Positions 1-12,410 of a stretch of DNA of 64,000 nt are shown piece after piece. The notes under the pieces were generated by a model. It was given only the letters and a program-made list of their open reading frames with translations, searched no databases and had not been told where the DNA came from. This DNA comes from Chlorokybus atmophyticus (Eukaryota > Plantae > Mesostigma and Chlorokybus algae), in the NCBI GenBank assembly GCA_009103225.1, contig RHPI01001132.1, positions 310,001 to 374,000 on the forward strand, in the 5' to 3' direction. Numbering within the stretch: the first letter of the stretch is position 1; each line of letters opens with the position of its first letter. The position numbers were made by a program, and so were the translations under genes.

Positions 1-592
1 CCTCGACGTCAAGGTCCCTGAAGACAACTAATCCAGAGTTTGTTCGGGAGGTCTCAACCACAGTTGTTGTACATGTTGTACACTACAGCACGTGTAAATT
101 ATCACCCAGTTTTAGTAGGTAGGTACGAATCTCAAGGAGCTGCACCATTTGACACGCACGCACGCACGCACGCAGCGCTGACAATCACCACACGCATGGG
201 CTGCTCGTCTATGTTTGTGCATGGAGTTTGAGAGTAGAGTAGTTGCATGCAGGTGCCCCTGAATGCAAGTGGAATAGTTCACAACCCTGCACGACGGTGC
301 ATTGGTATAATGACAGTGGCCTTTCTGCTTTCCGTGTTTGCTCTGAGTTCATTGCACAACAGCGTATAACTGCATGCTTGTTGCGGCTCGGTGCATCGGT
401 TGTCTCTGTAGTTCTATCTGCCTCTCTCCATCTGTTCTGTTGTGCATTCTGTGTACTATGGGCTATGCTTGCTGTGTGTTTGTTGTACCTTAGAGTTGGG
501 GTTCACCCGTGAATAACATTCTGTCTTTTTGAGCATTAGGTCGACATGTATCGCACGACATTTGCAGTGCGATCTAGTAACTTTCGTCGGTA

Positions 593-2189
593 ATGTCGCT
601 CATGTTGTCGGCGGCGGCGGCGGCGGCGGCGTGGCCGCGGCTGCTGCCGCCGCACAACAGGAGGAGCTCAACCAGGAGCTCAGCACCGCCGCCGCTGCCG
701 CCATCGCCGCCGCCGTTGCCGCTTACCAGGCTGAGGCGGCGGCCACTGGTGGCGGCGGCGGCGCTGGGGGCCGGGACGGTGCTGGCGGCCGCGGCGGCGA
801 TGGCGGCAGGCGGAGGACGCAACAGCGGCGATGGCCGCGCCGCCGCCGCCGCCGCTGTCCGTGACGGCATGGACAAATTCCGCCAGGGGGACGTTGCTGC
901 CTCCATCGCCGCCTTTGACTTGGCGCTGCAGAAGGACCCATCTATGAAGTAAGGCCAAAGTCTTAGATAGACCTATACTTGTATACTACTCAACGTGTGT
1001 ACGTTATTCACACCTGTTTTGAGCTGACGCCTTCATGAAGGAACACATGACATGCCATGCAATCAACTTCATGATGTTGATCTGCATGCAAGGGGGGTTG
1101 CATGCGCATCTGTGTGCGCAGGCGTGCGCATACAAGTGCACACACGTGCGTGTGCGCTCGCATGTGTGTGTTTGTGGTTGCGTGCACGCGTGTTGTTGCC
1201 GTATGTGCATGCATGTGTGCATGTGCGTGTGTGCGTGCGTGCTTGCGTGTTGAGCTGCGCCTTGGCAAGCAACACATCATCATGTCATCCACACCACTCA
1301 TGCGCACATGCATGCATGCATGCATGCATGCATAACACGCACGCGCACGCAGGCCGCTTCTGTGGCAGCGTGGTCTGTCCCTTTACTACGCGGAGCGGTT
1401 GTCCGATGCCGCGGAGCAGTTTCGCGAGGACGTCGCGGCCAACCCCGCCGACGCCGAGGAAGCCCTCTGGACCTTCCTGTCGGAGGCGCGGGAGAAGGGC
1501 CCCGACTACGCACGCAAACACATGCTGAAGGTGCTCTGTGGGCGCGTCTGTGCGTATGCGCGTGCGTGCTTACAGGCATGCGTGTGGGCGTTTGGACGCA
1601 TGTGTGCATATGCGTGTGTTTGTGTCCATGCGGGCATGTGCATGCATGTGCACGTGTGCTTGTGTGTGCGTGTATCACACAAGTCATTCTCATGCACGCA
1701 GTCCAACAGGCATCTTCACTTGTAGATGAGATAAGTGATCCATTTCAAGCCCACTGGACGACAAGAATATCAATTCCTCACATGCATGCGTGTTGTTGTT
1801 TACGAACCTCAACCGTCATCTATGCTTGCATCCACGCAGGTTGGGAGGGATCCAAGGCCAGTATTGAGAGCCTCCCTGGACTCGTTCCAGAACGCTTCTG
1901 GCGCAGAAGCCATACTCAAGTCCGCAGGCAGCGACAAAGAGGTGATACCAGTTGCTTCAACAATCGACACAACAGTGAACAACATACCCACATGACTGGT
2001 CCCGTGCAGGGTCACGATGCGTTCTACTCGCGGCTATATGCGGCGCTCTACCATGAGGCTTATGCAGAGGGCGAGGCCGCGCGAAAAGAGATGTTAAGCG
2101 CCGTGGCCACGCGGTACGCACGCGCATCCGGAGACTACATGGCCGCCCTCGCACGCGTGCATTGCAGACTGCGTGGCTGGAGTAGTTAG
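593..2189 (+). CDS. TPR-like superfamily protein, probable plastid-targeted homolog of Arabidopsis At3g05625 (4 exons: 593-948, 1353-1530, 1840-1941, 2010-2189)
   Basis: GT-AG introns join in frame to give ...GMDKFRQGDVAASIAAFDLALQKDPSMKPLLWQRGLSLYYAERLSDAAEQFREDVAANPADAEEALWTFLSEA...VGRDPRPV...FYSRLYAALYHEA...DYMAALARVHCRLRGWSS*. This matches the recalled LWQRGLSLYY / GRDxRPV / DYMAxLAxVH motifs of the family. The N-terminus is Ala/Pro/Arg/Ser-rich, like a transit peptide. Confidence 0.9.
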
Positions 2190-2787
2190 TATGATATCTT
2201 GTATAACATTTTACCATTGTTGGCATTACTGTGTGGGTCATGTCATTGAATTAAGCACGCGAACAGGCGAGAGACCTGGGCTCATATTTATTTCTGTAAT
2301 CAATTAACCGGTACACGGACCACGTGTGCGTTCATGCATAAGTTCTTGCGCGGAAGGCGCATAGCACTTGCACGGAGAAGTGAATTGTCTAGCCTCATTC
2401 CTCATGCAGCAGAGAAGAGTAGACCAACACACAGTGTTGGGAGATGCGCTGCGGATACGGCTGGTCTGCCTGCCAGTCCTGCACTGCACGCACATAAGAC
2501 CAGCCCCCCTAGCCTAGTGTGGCTCAAGTTAAAGGAGTGTCGTCTTATATAGTTATCTTGTACGGTATGAAAGAATAGAACTGTATGTTTGTCTGCTAGA
2601 ATCTGTGCAATGCTGCGTCCGCTTGCATGTGGTGGGCTCCTTTGTATTTACTTCACCCTACGCTATGTAAGCTTGAATGCAGCCAACCATGGTGCAGTAA
2701 AGGGTATGCATGAAGCTTACGAGTGCAAGGGTGTACAAAAGATGGTATGCTCGATTAGTGTGTAGGCGCAAGCAAGGCATGCATGCC

Positions 2788-3082
2788 TAGGGTTTAAGTC
2801 GTATTTCAACCATGCGGTCTGTGCTCAAAGTTACAACATACACCACAGGCAAGGCAGGGCAGGGCAAGCAGGCAGGGACGGTTGTATTACGCCAGGGCCA
2901 CCACCTTGCAATATACTAAGTGCCCCATGTGCTATGCAAGTTAATGGTGTGTTAGACAGGCAGCAGGCACCAACGGATCAAGCAACCAACATGAGGCGCA
3001 CAAAGTTACATGCCTAATAGGGTGAGGTGGGGTTATGTGCAGTGCAGAGTAGTCGGTGTAGTGGAGATAGACCCTACGGCGG
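2788..3082. repeat. Dispersed repeat copy A (motif 1 at 2788-2939 forward; motif 2 at about 3009-3082 inverted)
   Basis: TAGGGTTTAAGTCGTATTTCAACCATGC...TGCTCAAAG...CATACACCACAGGCAAGGCA aligns by eye to 56258-56418. The reverse complement of 3009-3082 resembles 56501-56566 and 12411-12481. Confidence 0.7.
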
Positions 3083-3806
3083 AGGAGGACGCTGTCCTCG
3101 CAGGCGCGTCATAAAGTTGTGATGTGCCATGAACATGCGCTAGCGCGCTAGCATGGTAGGTGTGCGTGTACAAAAGATGCAAGAGGCAATTACTTTGTGT
3201 TGGTTAAGCATGGACACGTTTCTGGACCCGTACCCGTGTTATTTTTCTTAATGTACAAGAATTACGTAATCCGTGTAGTGTAGGTAGAGCCTTGTGTTGA
3301 GCATATAATCTACAGTAAAGGTGCTAGATAGCAGTCTCAAGCGGAGACAGGCCATGTTGTGTTGCACACCATGCACAATCCATGCACAATCACAAGGCGC
3401 AAACACAATTAAGCAATGATAAAATTAGGCGCGAACCAAGGCAAAGCTTTTCACAACTAAGGCGACAACTGAGAAAACACCCGACACCTAGACCCTCAAG
3501 TAGTGGGAATTGGCAGAACATGGCAAGAGTCAACCACCTGCAGAGAGCAGTGAGAGCGCACAAAGGAGAGGGGAGGCGGTGTGGGTAGCTGTGGCAGTAT
3601 ACGCAACGATGACAACGCTTGTGACGATGACAATTGCAGAGCCCCCTTATATGTGAAGCTGATGGTGATGTGTTGATGATGTTGTAGAGCACAGCAGTAA
3701 CAGCAGATGCACCCAGCTGTAGGAGAGATACCTTGATGAGCCTAAGCTCCCAAACGCGCGCGAGCGAGCGTGTGCGCGGGGGGGGGCACAACTGCTCCAC
3801 GCTACA

Positions 3807-4209
3807 NNNNNNNNNNNNNNNNNNNNNNNNNNNNNNNNNNNNNNNNNNNNNNNNNNNNNNNNNNNNNNNNNNNNNNNNNNNNNNNNNNNNNNNNNNNNNN
3901 NNNNNNNNNNNNNNNNNNNNNNNNNNNNNNNNNNNNNNNNNNNNNNNNNNNNNNNNNNNNNNNNNNNNNNNNNNNNNNNNNNNNNNNNNNNNNNNNNNNN
4001 NNNNNNNNNNNNNNNNNNNNNNNNNNNNNNNNNNNNNNNNNNNNNNNNNNNNNNNNNNNNNNNNNNNNNNNNNNNNNNNNNNNNNNNNNNNNNNNNNNNN
4101 NNNNNNNNNNNNNNNNNNNNNNNNNNNNNNNNNNNNNNNNNNNNNNNNNNNNNNNNNNNNNNNNNNNNNNNNNNNNNNNNNNNNNNNNNNNNNNNNNNNN
4201 NNNNNNNNN
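3807..4209. other. Assembly gap (N run)
   Basis: Run of N, with G-rich sequence near the left edge and at the right edge. Confidence 1.
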
Positions 4210-5307
4210 GGGGGGGGCACGGGAGTCTGAATGGCCAATGCAGCATGTACCAACTGCTGTGCAGTGCACTTCCAAGTTGTAGCAATCAACCAACTCGTGC
4301 AGCTGCAGAATTATGCAACAATAAAGCTTCGTTGGCTCATGGCACTGGAACCTAGCCTGTCAGCATCGGCGCTGTGTACCTCAACTGACAGGTATGATAG
4401 GTTTATGCCGAACACTTGCATTACCTACGGACAAATTGCTTGGCAATATTGTGTGGTGCGATACTGCCAGACAATGCCTTGCCAGCAAGGAATTGTACCC
4501 ACTTTGCGACACAGTGGTGATCAGCCACCCCAGCATTGATCGTGACCTCAACTGGCAGATGAATTATATACCTCCACACTACTACTGTTGCGGCCAGGCG
4601 GCATATCAGTGCAGATTTGAAGATCTCACAGCAGGGTTGCGGACAACCCGACCTGTGGCAGCCAAGGTTAACACACTCACTGCCAGACACAATGACAGAC
4701 TCACGTTAAATGCATCAACCAAACACAATGTGTGCTTGACACCATGCATGCTTCTGTTCTAGCATACTACCTCTGATGTACAGTATAGCCACATATAGAA
4801 TTACCTGCCAGGCATAGAGCCCACTGCAATCATACATCTTTCGGAGTGAAGACGCCAATTCTTGGCAGGCGGAGCATAACTCGACAAGCCAGGCGGCCAA
4901 AGCAATGCAGGCATAAATCAGGTCAACTACCAGGTTGATTGAAAGTCCCACTCACACAGAGGCAAGCAAAGGACACTGAGACATATCACCAGCTCAGGCC
5001 AGAACTAGACATAGCAAGCAGTATATTACAATGGTACTCATGTACAGGGTGATGATGCCAAGCGAGCATATGCTCACCGTGCAGAGGCGAAGCAAGCTGT
5101 GGTCAGCGGCAGCAAGCCACAGCGAGAGCCACAGCCGCAGTGCCCCCCGGCTAGATACGCTTGCTGACCTTCAGAGTGCTCTGTGGCAGCCTACAAGCAA
5201 GGTGGGCCAATGATGCAGGCAAGGACAACCCGAGATATCTGCACATCCATGTGCATCCATGCATAGCTTCCGCTACCAGCCATGCACCGAATACACCTTT
5301 GAATCCA

Positions 5308-6934
5308 TCACGGCTCTTCAGCGGAGTCCACGACGTCATCTTCTGTGACTTCACGCCGGTCTTCAGCTCTTTGTTGCTTCATCTCGCGCAGCTCCTGTTC
5401 CAAAAGGTACACCCGCTGCACAACAGCACCACAATGAGCACAAATATGGCACAGGGGAAATGTTACTTTCACCAGTGCAACAGCTCAACACACCAACAAC
5501 AACAGCAATTCTGTAGCAGCAAAGGCCCACCTCACGCAGCGTAAGGTTGTCTTCTTCCAGCGCCTCGATTCGCCTCGATTGTTCTTGCATAACTGGTATA
5601 TCTGACTGCACAAGTTCAAAACCATGATAGTCACCAGGTTCGTCACTGCCAAAATCGTTGTCGCTGTAGACCTGATGACGGCTGTCATCCGGTGAGCTAC
5701 CGACATCTTCATCCCCCCGCTTCCTGATCTTGCCCTGAATTGAATGCAAGGATGTGGGCATAAGAACGCAGCATGCACAACCAGTAAATGATGTCCGCAG
5801 TTCAAATCTCACCTGCATTGTGCCATGGAGATCAATGTCAAGTCCTGCCACATCATCCTGCAGCCCTTCATAACCAGAGGTCCATTCATTGTCATAGTCA
5901 TGTCGGATGCTCAGTGGCTGCCACACAGAAGGCGTGATAGGAGATGTCAAGGGAGCATGTATGCCTAATACATTACTCCTCATAATAAAAGAGGTTGTGT
6001 TCTGTGGTGCTCTTGGAACAGTACGCGGAACAGAACCGGGGGTTTCCTTAGGAGTAGCGTGCTGCTTTGCAAAATGCTGCATTGTCTTGGCCCGATTCGC
6101 TGCCTGCCATGCCCAATGTGGGTTTAGACCAACCGGCATAGCATGCCCATGGCTGTGTTGGGTCGGCATGCTGCCCATAGCCCTGACCTGCATAGCCTGC
6201 AATGACGGCATAGCCTCCACTGGCTTTCCGTGCCGCTTGATGTTGCCTTTGCTGCAATCGCATGAATTCAATGTCAGGAACAAGCGGCTGTGTGCGTACA
6301 AAGGACGACATAAGCCCAAGCACGATACTCACCCTTTGCGATTGTGCCAATTTCTTTGCTGTGGATGTCCCTGAAAACCTGCACGCGCTGCCATCTGCTG
6401 CCGTTTATTGCCGGTCATGTGCTGCGCCGCCATGCCACCGTTGAACCGCCTTTTCCTGGGATTGAACTTACCACCACTGCGAGCTTCGTGTGCGTCACCA
6501 CCTAGCTCTTTGGCTGCTCCTGTGGACTGAGGACCAGGCCCTGCTGCCATGGTCAGATCTGAATCGCCTCCGCTAGCACCCTGCAAGCACAACTCAGAAG
6601 ACTTAGCGAGTGCTCCTCTGGGTACATGCAGCTACTACACATAATCAGCCAAGGAACACCGCTTTATGCTTGGGGCAACGTCAACGTGCCTGCATGCCAA
6701 AGCAAGCTTTGCCTGTTGACAGCGGGGTAACGTCCGTCTGCAACCACTGCTGCGGCCACTGTGCGTTGTGCCCATCAGTTTGATTTGACAACGTCCAACT
6801 TGCAAACCAAACAGGATGGTGGCGGCTGAGCTTACCTCGTGAGGGGACGTCGCCAAGTAGGGTAACTTAGAAAGAAACGATTGAGCCTGAGGCAAGCTGG
6901 ATGCTAGTTCCTCTGTTGAGCGCTCCCGACTGTC
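5308..6934 (-). CDS. PRL1-interacting factor A-like protein (plant At5g19900-like); 5' start not resolved
   Basis: Spliced minus-strand exons encode WQAANRAKTMQHFAK...PRAPQNTTSFIMRS...PITPSVW..., an acidic region, then QSRRIEALEEDNLTLRE|RVYLLEQELREMKQQR...EEP*. This matches the recalled APRNTTSFIIR and LEEENLTLKERLFLMERELGDL motifs. The stop TGA is at 5308-5310. The most upstream exon found is 6934-6836. Confidence 0.75.
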
Positions 6935-7234
6935 CTGCAGTAAACGCAAAAACAAATCAGGCATAGAGTCCAGGGTAAAGAAGCAGCAGCATGCTTCAGA
7001 CTACTAGCACGAGAACAATACAAATTACGTGCTGCCCGCATGCCTGCTGCGACGGTGACAGCGACGGTGACAAAAGCCCAAGCGACAGCTTAGGACACAA
7101 CAAGGCGACGTCACAGATAAAAAGACGGCCTAACCGCATAAACCACACTACAGGAACTGATGTACAACCGTCAGACTGCGGCTAGACAAGCTCAAAGCGT
7201 CGCCAGGCCTGACCAGCTAATGCCCAGCGAACGG

Positions 7235-7264
7235 CAGCTAGGGTTTGGAGCCAAACCCTAGCTG
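7235..7264. promoter_or_regulatory. Perfect 14-bp inverted repeat (2-nt loop) containing two telo-boxes (TAGGGTTT/AAACCCTA)
   Basis: CAGCTAGGGTTTGG-AG-CCAAACCCTAGCTG, read directly, upstream of the minus-strand PRLI-like gene. Confidence 0.75.
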
Positions 7265-7408
7265 TAGGAGACATTCTTAAAGCAACCGACGGCGTTCAGC
7301 ACATACCTTGCAGCAAGTAGCCGGCGCAGGCCTGTTACCTTTTGCCTCTACCGCCTCCTCTGCGGTCTGCTCCTTTTACTCCGCCGCCGCCGCCGCTGCG
7401 TTCAAGTT

Positions 7409-7469
7409 GCCACGTGGCGTCCGTATAGTATAGCAAGCAAAGCGGGGAGACACGTTGAGAATATATAAA
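7409..7469. promoter_or_regulatory. G-box palindrome GCCACGTGGC (7409-7418) and TATA-like TATATAAA (7462-7469)
   Basis: Motifs read directly in the GC-rich region 5' of the PRLI-like gene; function is inferred. Confidence 0.4.
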
Positions 7470-9952
7470 GTGCTGCGTCACGCTGCGTCACTGACTCACG
7501 CAGCCTGTGTTACTGGTGCTCCCGACAAAAGTGGACGTTTTCGGCCACCAACATAAATTCTAAACATCTTGCGGTCAGTTCTGACCGTGGATCTTGCTAG
7601 TATGATGAGATGCTCAGGGAACGGACGGCGTGAACCGTGCCGCAGGATGTGATGGCCCATGCGCTCAATAGGCCCAGCTGCAATAACTCGTTGAATGCAA
7701 AAGGTCAAAGTGCCTTGTACGAGTAAAATCATTGCTAACATGCATGCAATCACACATGTGCATGTGCATCAGCTGTGATACATGGGTGCATGTGTTGTGA
7801 GCTTTTTAGGCAATGTTTATGTACGTCTTCTACCTGGAGTCACAATAATGTGTTCATTTGTCGAATGCTGTATATGTTTGATTATGTACCATATATTGCA
7901 TATATAATTAAAGACTTGCGCAACTTTTAAAACACATTTGACATACGCAATGAAATTCTTTTTTGGATTGATTAAAATGTATCACAGTATTCAACGAATG
8001 AACACATCAGACCAATACTGTCGCATTGCGTGTTGCAGCAAGCGTAAATTATGATATGATTTTGCCATGGACGTGAGAAGAACAGTGACGTGTAAGTAAA
8101 TTTTGCATTATCACATTCAACATTTGTTGATCGTATTCGTACCAGATATTACGGTATTCTTTGCGGTGTGATCACACCCCGACCAGCATGATGCAAATGT
8201 TATTAACTTGCTATAAACATCGGCTGGCTATGTTATAGGATTCGCAATGCATAATATGGTTTTAAGTTATACGCATATGTTACATATAGAGTAAAACTCT
8301 GGTGTTGTGCTAACCCATGTAAATTGTGAATATCAGTGACTTATAGCATACATCATTCACGCTGATAATTGACCATACTTATCTGCAGTATTTTTCAATG
8401 GCATAATTGTTGAGATTGAACTATATGCAATGCGGTTCGCAACTGTATGTAGATCGTGACTTGCAATGAGACTTGACGATTAAGTGTGATGTTGTCTCGC
8501 ATTGCAAATCGGCTTGACTGTTGCCAATGCAGATTGAAAATGAACATTGATATTAAAAACCGATTTGCAACCTTTATAATCATCCATGTAATCGCGGCAT
8601 GAGCAGGTTTATTGTCAATATATTTGTCACGGTAATGACCCTCGGCACGCACTTCTCCCTCGCACCTCTTGTGCGCTCACGCCAGCAGGATTGGTCAAAC
8701 CATATCACCACGTGTCGGACAGCGTGACAAGACTCATCGACACCGTTTTTTTGTGTCAGCCAATGAAGAGCGCGGGTAGTGGCTGTCGACATCGACAGCT
8801 TCCTTGAGCAAAATCTAGGGAATTGGTCGACAATAAGTTGCAAGTAAGTGGACTTGCGCAGAAGCGGCGGCATTCCTACCAAGACTTTCAAAAGTTACCA
8901 TCAAATTTAGTGATTCGCGTGCATGCACGCTGCCTTGTGTAAGAGTTGAACTTATAAGAGCTGTTGCCCAGATTCCTTTATTGTATACCTTTTTCTCTGA
9001 TGCCCTTGGTGCTTTGTCTTTTCTCTTACATGATTGTACTTTGAAATGTATTTAACCTCTTTGCGTGGCCACCGCCCTGTTGCTTGCAAACTGCATCCTC
9101 CCCTGCCTAACACGGTACTTTGCATGCCTTTCATAACAACAACCACGGTTGCAAGCATCCATTAGCTTGCTGTTAGGTGAGTGCTTGCAGCACGTAAACA
9201 CGCTTCACTTACCAAATTTGAGTTACATACGAACATACTTGCATGCCTGCTGTGTTCTCGTCGACATTCATCGTTGATCAAGGAGCTTGTCAAGTGATCA
9301 CAGCCTCATACCAAGCTTAGGGGACCACGTAGTTCGTTTCTCCCTTACTACTCTCCCTCCATGCACCCATAACCCCATCATCATGGGTAATGCAGCCCTC
9401 AGGCTCCTTCACTTATCGCCTCTCAAGCCGTACCACATCCTACTTGCAAAGCGCACACATACATCTCGTTGTATGTATCTCCCTGGGAGACATTTCTCGC
9501 AGCTGAGGCTTACTTGCACGACACATTGCAAGGTATTGCAACACATTGTTGGAAATATATTGTGTGCGGTTGGCAACTGTATGCAGATTGTACATTGCAA
9601 TATTACATAACGAGCAGGTGTACTGTTGAAGTCTCGCATCGTAATTAACTTGACTGTGGCTAAAATAGAATAAAATGATTAAAATAATCTTGCGACAGTT
9701 CAAATCATCTACCTGGTTGTGGCATGAGCAGATATAGTGTCATTGTAGTTTATCGCATTTAGCCTTGCTGTTGCTGAAAGTGATAATAGAAGTTAATACT
9801 AAAACCCATATTGCAGCCGTAAAAAGGCAGCCCATTGGCAGCTGGTGAGTACCTGAGCATGTGTTGGTGTACAACGTACCATCTGCTGTGGACTTGAGTC
9901 ACACATGCAGCGCTGCCAAAACGTTCGCAACATTGCTGTTGAATCGGGTAGC

Positions 9953-10026
9953 TGCCCCCGGACGGAGTCGAACCGTCGACCTCCCGCTTACTAAACGGGT
10001 GCTCTAACCAACTGAGCTACGTGGGC
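9953..10026 (-). tRNA. tRNA-Thr (anticodon AGT)
   Basis: Reverse complement is GCCCACGTAGCTCAGTTGGTTAGAGCACCCGTTTAGTAAGCGGGAGGTCGACGGTTCGACTCCGTCCGGGGGCA. It shows a D arm, anticodon stem CCCGT/GCGGG around TTAGTAA, T arm GACGG-TTCGACT-CCGTC, and a T4 tract about 30 nt downstream. The acceptor stem has one A5-G68 mismatch. Confidence 0.93.
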
Positions 10027-10784
10027 GCTTGACGTCAGCTCTTGGAAAAATCATAACTCATATATGCTAACACTTAGATTTGTCTTGTCACACATTACAA
10101 ATGTTGTTCTCCTTCGCTGAGTTTTGGCCTGCAGGGAATTTGATCTGTCATTCTCGGCTCGAATCGTTACAAACGTTAAGCTTGTGGGCACAAACGCAGT
10201 ACGGCAGGGGTTGTGCGTGCTTGGGGTCCAATGTGGGTGCTGAACTGCTCGTGTCATGCACTCTATAATGTATAGAGTGCCAACCAGCGACGCCATCAAT
10301 GAACCCTGTGCACTGCGTCACTCTTGTACGACAAGTACGCGAATGACAACACAGGCATTAACAAAGGTCCCTTGTCAGCGTTTCATACGGGCCTGCACTG
10401 CACTGGTTCGTCTTGTAGGAATAGCCAGCGGTGGTTGGACAGCGGCGGCGGTGGCGACGGCGGTGGCGACGACAACTAGCCGGCCACACTCGCTCTGAGC
10501 AGCCTGTAATACTTCAGGTGAGGAGAAACGGTGCATGCTGAGACGTTAGCACAAGCGTGTATGGTATCGTCATGGCTGTGTACCACCGGTTCAGCAGTTT
10601 GAGAGTGATGTTGCGCCGCTTGCGGCATGGGCATGGCAGTAAGCTTTGATCAAAGACAAATGAAAGCAGTTGTGTGACAGTTTGCCTTTATGGCTATTTC
10701 TCTGTGCACCAACTGCCTCATGTTGCACATGAGCTGTCATATGCAGGTGGTGTTGATCAGTTCTGAGCGGCAGCGGTCTTAGTC

Positions 10785-11623
10785 ATGGAGGCCAGTGAGG
10801 TCAAGCCTGGAGTGGTTACAGGCGGATGCATGTGTCGACAGGTCCAGGTACATGTGCATTGTGTTTCCTTGACAAGTGCATGCAGAAGGCAAGCCAGTGA
10901 AGTAACTGTGTAGTGACACATGGGTGAACGGGCAGGAAGGGGCTTGAGGGAGACACATGGGTTATTGACTTGAGGACGGAAGTAGAGACTTATGCTAACA
11001 GCCGGAAACAATGAGGGGAAAGCAGAGGGGAAAGCGGAGGAGGGGGCAAGCAGGCAGCTTCTAGCTTGCAAGTAACTAGTGAGGTTGGGGGGAGCACACA
11101 GGTGTGCCAATGGAGATGACAATGACCAATATGACTAATGCGTTTTATGTGCAGGTGGAGGTGGATGCCAAGGGTGCGTATGTGGGTTTCTGCCACTGCA
11201 AGGACTGCAGGGCATCAAGTGGGGAGCCCTTCCATGCCTTTGTGGGGCTCCCCATGAAGCAAATTAGCGTGGTGAAAGGCGAGGACCTCCTGCGTGCGTA
11301 CAACCACACGCCCAAAACCAAGCGCTGCTTTTGCTCAAATTGCGGAACAAACGTGGTAACCTATGTTGCATCCTTTGACTGGGCGTCGGTGCCGAGAGGC
11401 GTTCTCAGTGGAGGGGACAGCGAGCGCCTCGCAGCTCTCAAGGTTGGTTACAGCTCAATTTGCTGCATGCTAGTGGTTCTGATAAATGCTTATGCTGTTG
11501 TGCTGTATGCAGCCTTCGTTCCAAGTCTTCCTGTCCGAAGCTGAGGACTGGTACGCTGTTAGTGACGACATGCCAAAGTTTCCCAAGTTTCCTACAAGTT
11601 ATGATGGTCTGGCTAACGCATAA
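10785..11623 (+). CDS. GFA / CENP-V (glutathione-dependent formaldehyde-activating enzyme-like, Mss4-like zinc-binding) domain protein (exons 10785-10847, 11155-11442, 11513-11623)
   Basis: Translation MEASEVKPGVVTGGCMCRQVQVEVDAKGAYVGFCHCKDCRASSGEPF...KRCFCSNCGT...PSFQVFLSEAEDWYAVSDDMPKFPKF carries the GGCxC, CHCxxC and FCxxCG zinc ligands. All three exons are phase 0 with GT-AG boundaries. Confidence 0.9.
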
Positions 11624-12410
11624 GGCCCATTGTCCATGACACCCCGTGCACATGATTCCAGCAAGGGTTTGGTACGCTAGGTTTTGCTAGAAGTGTACCT
11701 CTTGTTGCAGCTTTGGTGACCAGCAGTGCTGCAGCAGCTAAGGTAGTCTGAAGTAACACCCTGATGTTGTCTTTGGGGCACCTGCATTGGGGCACGCCAG
11801 TCACAGTTGGCGTGATTGGCGTCAAGTAAGCAGGGCAAGTAGCAGCGTTAGCAGTGTCCACTCTTACCCTGCATTCACATGTGGACGCACCTAACAAGAC
11901 CCGAAAATGTAAGAAACAAGTTGCTGCGCGGATGATAGTGTTGTGATGTGCATTCTGCTACAAAAAGATTGCGCGGCGGACACAATTCTAGCGTTGTGAT
12001 GTGCATCAGCAATCTTTTTGTAGTACCCTTGCTTTGCAGCCCCTCTAGTATTGAATATGCGAGCGCTGCTATTGCCATCAATTTTGAATTGTGCATCACC
12101 TTCAGATATGCGACCAGCATGAACACCGCGTGCACGCGCGTGGACACGTCCAATGCACAACCTCTATGCCCTCATAGTGCACACATGGCAGCAAGCTTGC
12201 CTCGGGAAAACTTAAGATATGTTGCTTAGTTGGTGTGGGTATGTATAATATGAGTGTATATGTTTATGAACATGAACCGGTTGTACGATATACTGTGGAT
12301 GATATGGGGCAAGCGAGTATATACAGGATATGCGCGAGACAATTGGCGACATGCATGACGTCACAACAGCATAGCATACCAACCAGCATGCAAACACAGT
12401 CACATACACC

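Noticed and set aside
1004-1725. Many overlapping ORFs rich in H/T/A/C/V/M (also at 23.3-25.4 kb, 45.4-45.9 kb, 47-48.6 kb and 51.1 kb)
   Set aside because: They are translations of intronic (CA/TG/CG)n microsatellite, which lacks stop codons by composition.
3390-4293. Long ORFs of 160-320 aa spanning N runs (also 17466-18310, 27436-28255, 49074-50047)
   Set aside because: Their length comes from X residues across assembly gaps.
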